From: Trichinella spiralis
Taxonomy: Eukaryota
Length of the DNA stretch: 23,052 nucleotides
NCBI RefSeq assembly: GCF_000181795.1
Contig: NW_003526945.1
Span: 6,350,394 to 6,373,445, forward strand
Direction: 5' to 3'
This document shows positions 21,759 to 23,052 of the stretch, piece by piece. The notes beneath the pieces were generated by a model, which had not been told where the DNA came from, did not search any database, and saw only the letters and a program-made list of their open reading frames with translations. A program made the position numbers and the translations under genes. Position 1 is the first letter of the stretch. Every line of letters starts with the position of its first letter.

Positions 21759-22404
21759 TTGACTATAGCTTAAAGAGATTAAGTTTCTCACCTTTCGCGC
21801 AGGGCAAACAAACCGTAAAACTAAAAAGCTGCTATGCTCAACGCTGGTCTTTCTTCGTGTGCTGCATTTTAAAGTGTACATTAATGTAAAACTTTAAAAT
21901 GTCATTAGACTACAGTGAAGCACCATTGCTGTTTATCAATAATGAAAAATAATTTTAAATTATCGTTTTTGTATAGCCAAAAATTTTGATAAATTTTGGA
22001 TTTTTAAAGTAATAATATGAAAAATAACTTTTAAACAATGTTGCATTCTTTTAGTTTTGCCATGTGAATATGAAGTTCAGGTTCAGTGCAAAGCTAAAAT
22101 AACACGAAATCAGTAATGGTATGGTAACGGAATGGTAAAAATAATAAAATAAACGCTAACAGATTATGCATTTGTTGTTTATTTTCTTTTCGGAAATTTA
22201 AAAATTAATTCTGACAATTATGTTTATTTATAACGCTGATTATACCTGCATTGAAACGGGCAAATTTAAACCGAAATTGATCTAGGAATTATGTCAGTTG
22301 TTCGTAACAAAAATATCGAGAATACTATTTTTTATTATTCATTACACACATATGCTACTCATACAATTATCTTTTTTACAATAGTCCCAAAATTTTGTTC
22401 AAGA

Positions 22405-22765
22405 CGCGAGCTTCCAAACTGATGTTGTAAAACATTCAGTAAGTCTCCAGAAACATTTTCTTCTCTCCTAAATGACCGATTCCATTGTATGCCTTGCCTA
22501 CAGTGTTGTGGATATGTTTTATTGCTGCGATCATTTTGAAATCATCGACGGTCCGCTTACAAATCAAATTCACTTCATCACCAATTCGCAGAACTTCATA
22601 AGGATGACGAAGATTGTTATCTTCAACTGACCTGGACCAAATTGCTTCGATTAGCAAAATGCTTTCAATAATTCCATTTTTAGCCACAACAGAAAGTATG
22701 ATATTGTTTGATCTTTTCTTCCGCATCACTTGGAAAAATTCCTCCTTAGAAAGAGTTGCACTGTC
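22405..22765 (-). mobile_element. Remnant of a KRBA2/SCAND3 (Ginger/Gypsy-integrase-related) element: N-terminal and zinc-binding region
   Basis: SKEEFFQVMRKKRSNN...YEVLRIGDEVNLI...HIHNTVGKAYNGIGHLGEKKMFLETY*MFYNISLE resembles the KRBA2-type pattern YxVxxIGxxxKLI...GHGGRDRMxxELxxKYxNIT. It has an in-frame stop and no integrase core downstream. Confidence 0.65.
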
Positions 22766-23052
22766 TGTATTGAGTGTCTTGTAATATCATGATCAGACAG
22801 TCAACATCGCCCCTAATAGCAGAGTTGCAGAGCAATCATATTGGGCACAGTACTTCTTTTTCATCCCATGCAGAAACTTAGCATGCAGAGGAAAGTCCTG
22901 ATACCACCCACAATCGGTTGAGGGATATGTGAGCAACGAAAATTTTGATTGTTTGATCTTTTCTTCCGCTTCACTTGGAAAAATTCCTCCTTAGAAAGAG
23001 ATGTACTGTCCGCGTAGGGTGTATTGTAATACCTTGCGTGATCATGATCAGA
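22703..23052. repeat. ~95-105-nt direct repeat, 245-nt offset (22703-22797 and 22948-23052)
   Basis: attgtttgatcttttcttccgc[a/t]tcacttggaaaaattcctccttagaaagag...atcatgatcaga is present twice. Confidence 0.92.

Noticed and set aside
1..23052. CRISPR arrays, tRNA/rRNA, spliced-leader RNA genes
   Set aside because: No regularly spaced repeat array, cloverleaf, rRNA motif or SL exon plus donor plus Sm-site arrangement was recognised.

Overview
AT-rich eukaryotic DNA with short GT-AG introns (mostly 55-90 nt). The gene and transposon content resembles a nematode such as Trichinella, which is an inference. Left to right: the 3' exons of a MEF2 transcription factor gene (+, 321-2186; the MADS/MEF2 domain lies upstream of the window), a complete 4-exon fatty-acid-binding protein gene (+, 4683-5789), and a complete 4-exon secreted GM2-activator/ML-domain gene (+, 7041-7788). 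A gene-poor stretch follows. It holds a head-to-tail ~1.29 kb tandem duplication whose ~480-nt core is far better conserved than its flanks, then decayed DNA transposons (hAT C-terminus, piggyBac/PGBD, a possible Helitron-like mini element) around an assembly gap. The right end carries, on the minus strand, a truncated acyl-CoA-binding (ACBP) gene, an orphan 166-aa tail-anchored protein gene and a KRBA2/SCAND3-like integrase remnant. The most notable points are three unrelated lipid-carrier folds (FABP, ML, ACBP) in one neighbourhood and the conserved, structured, apparently non-coding core of the duplication. All calls come from manual reading and recalled family motifs; no searches were run.
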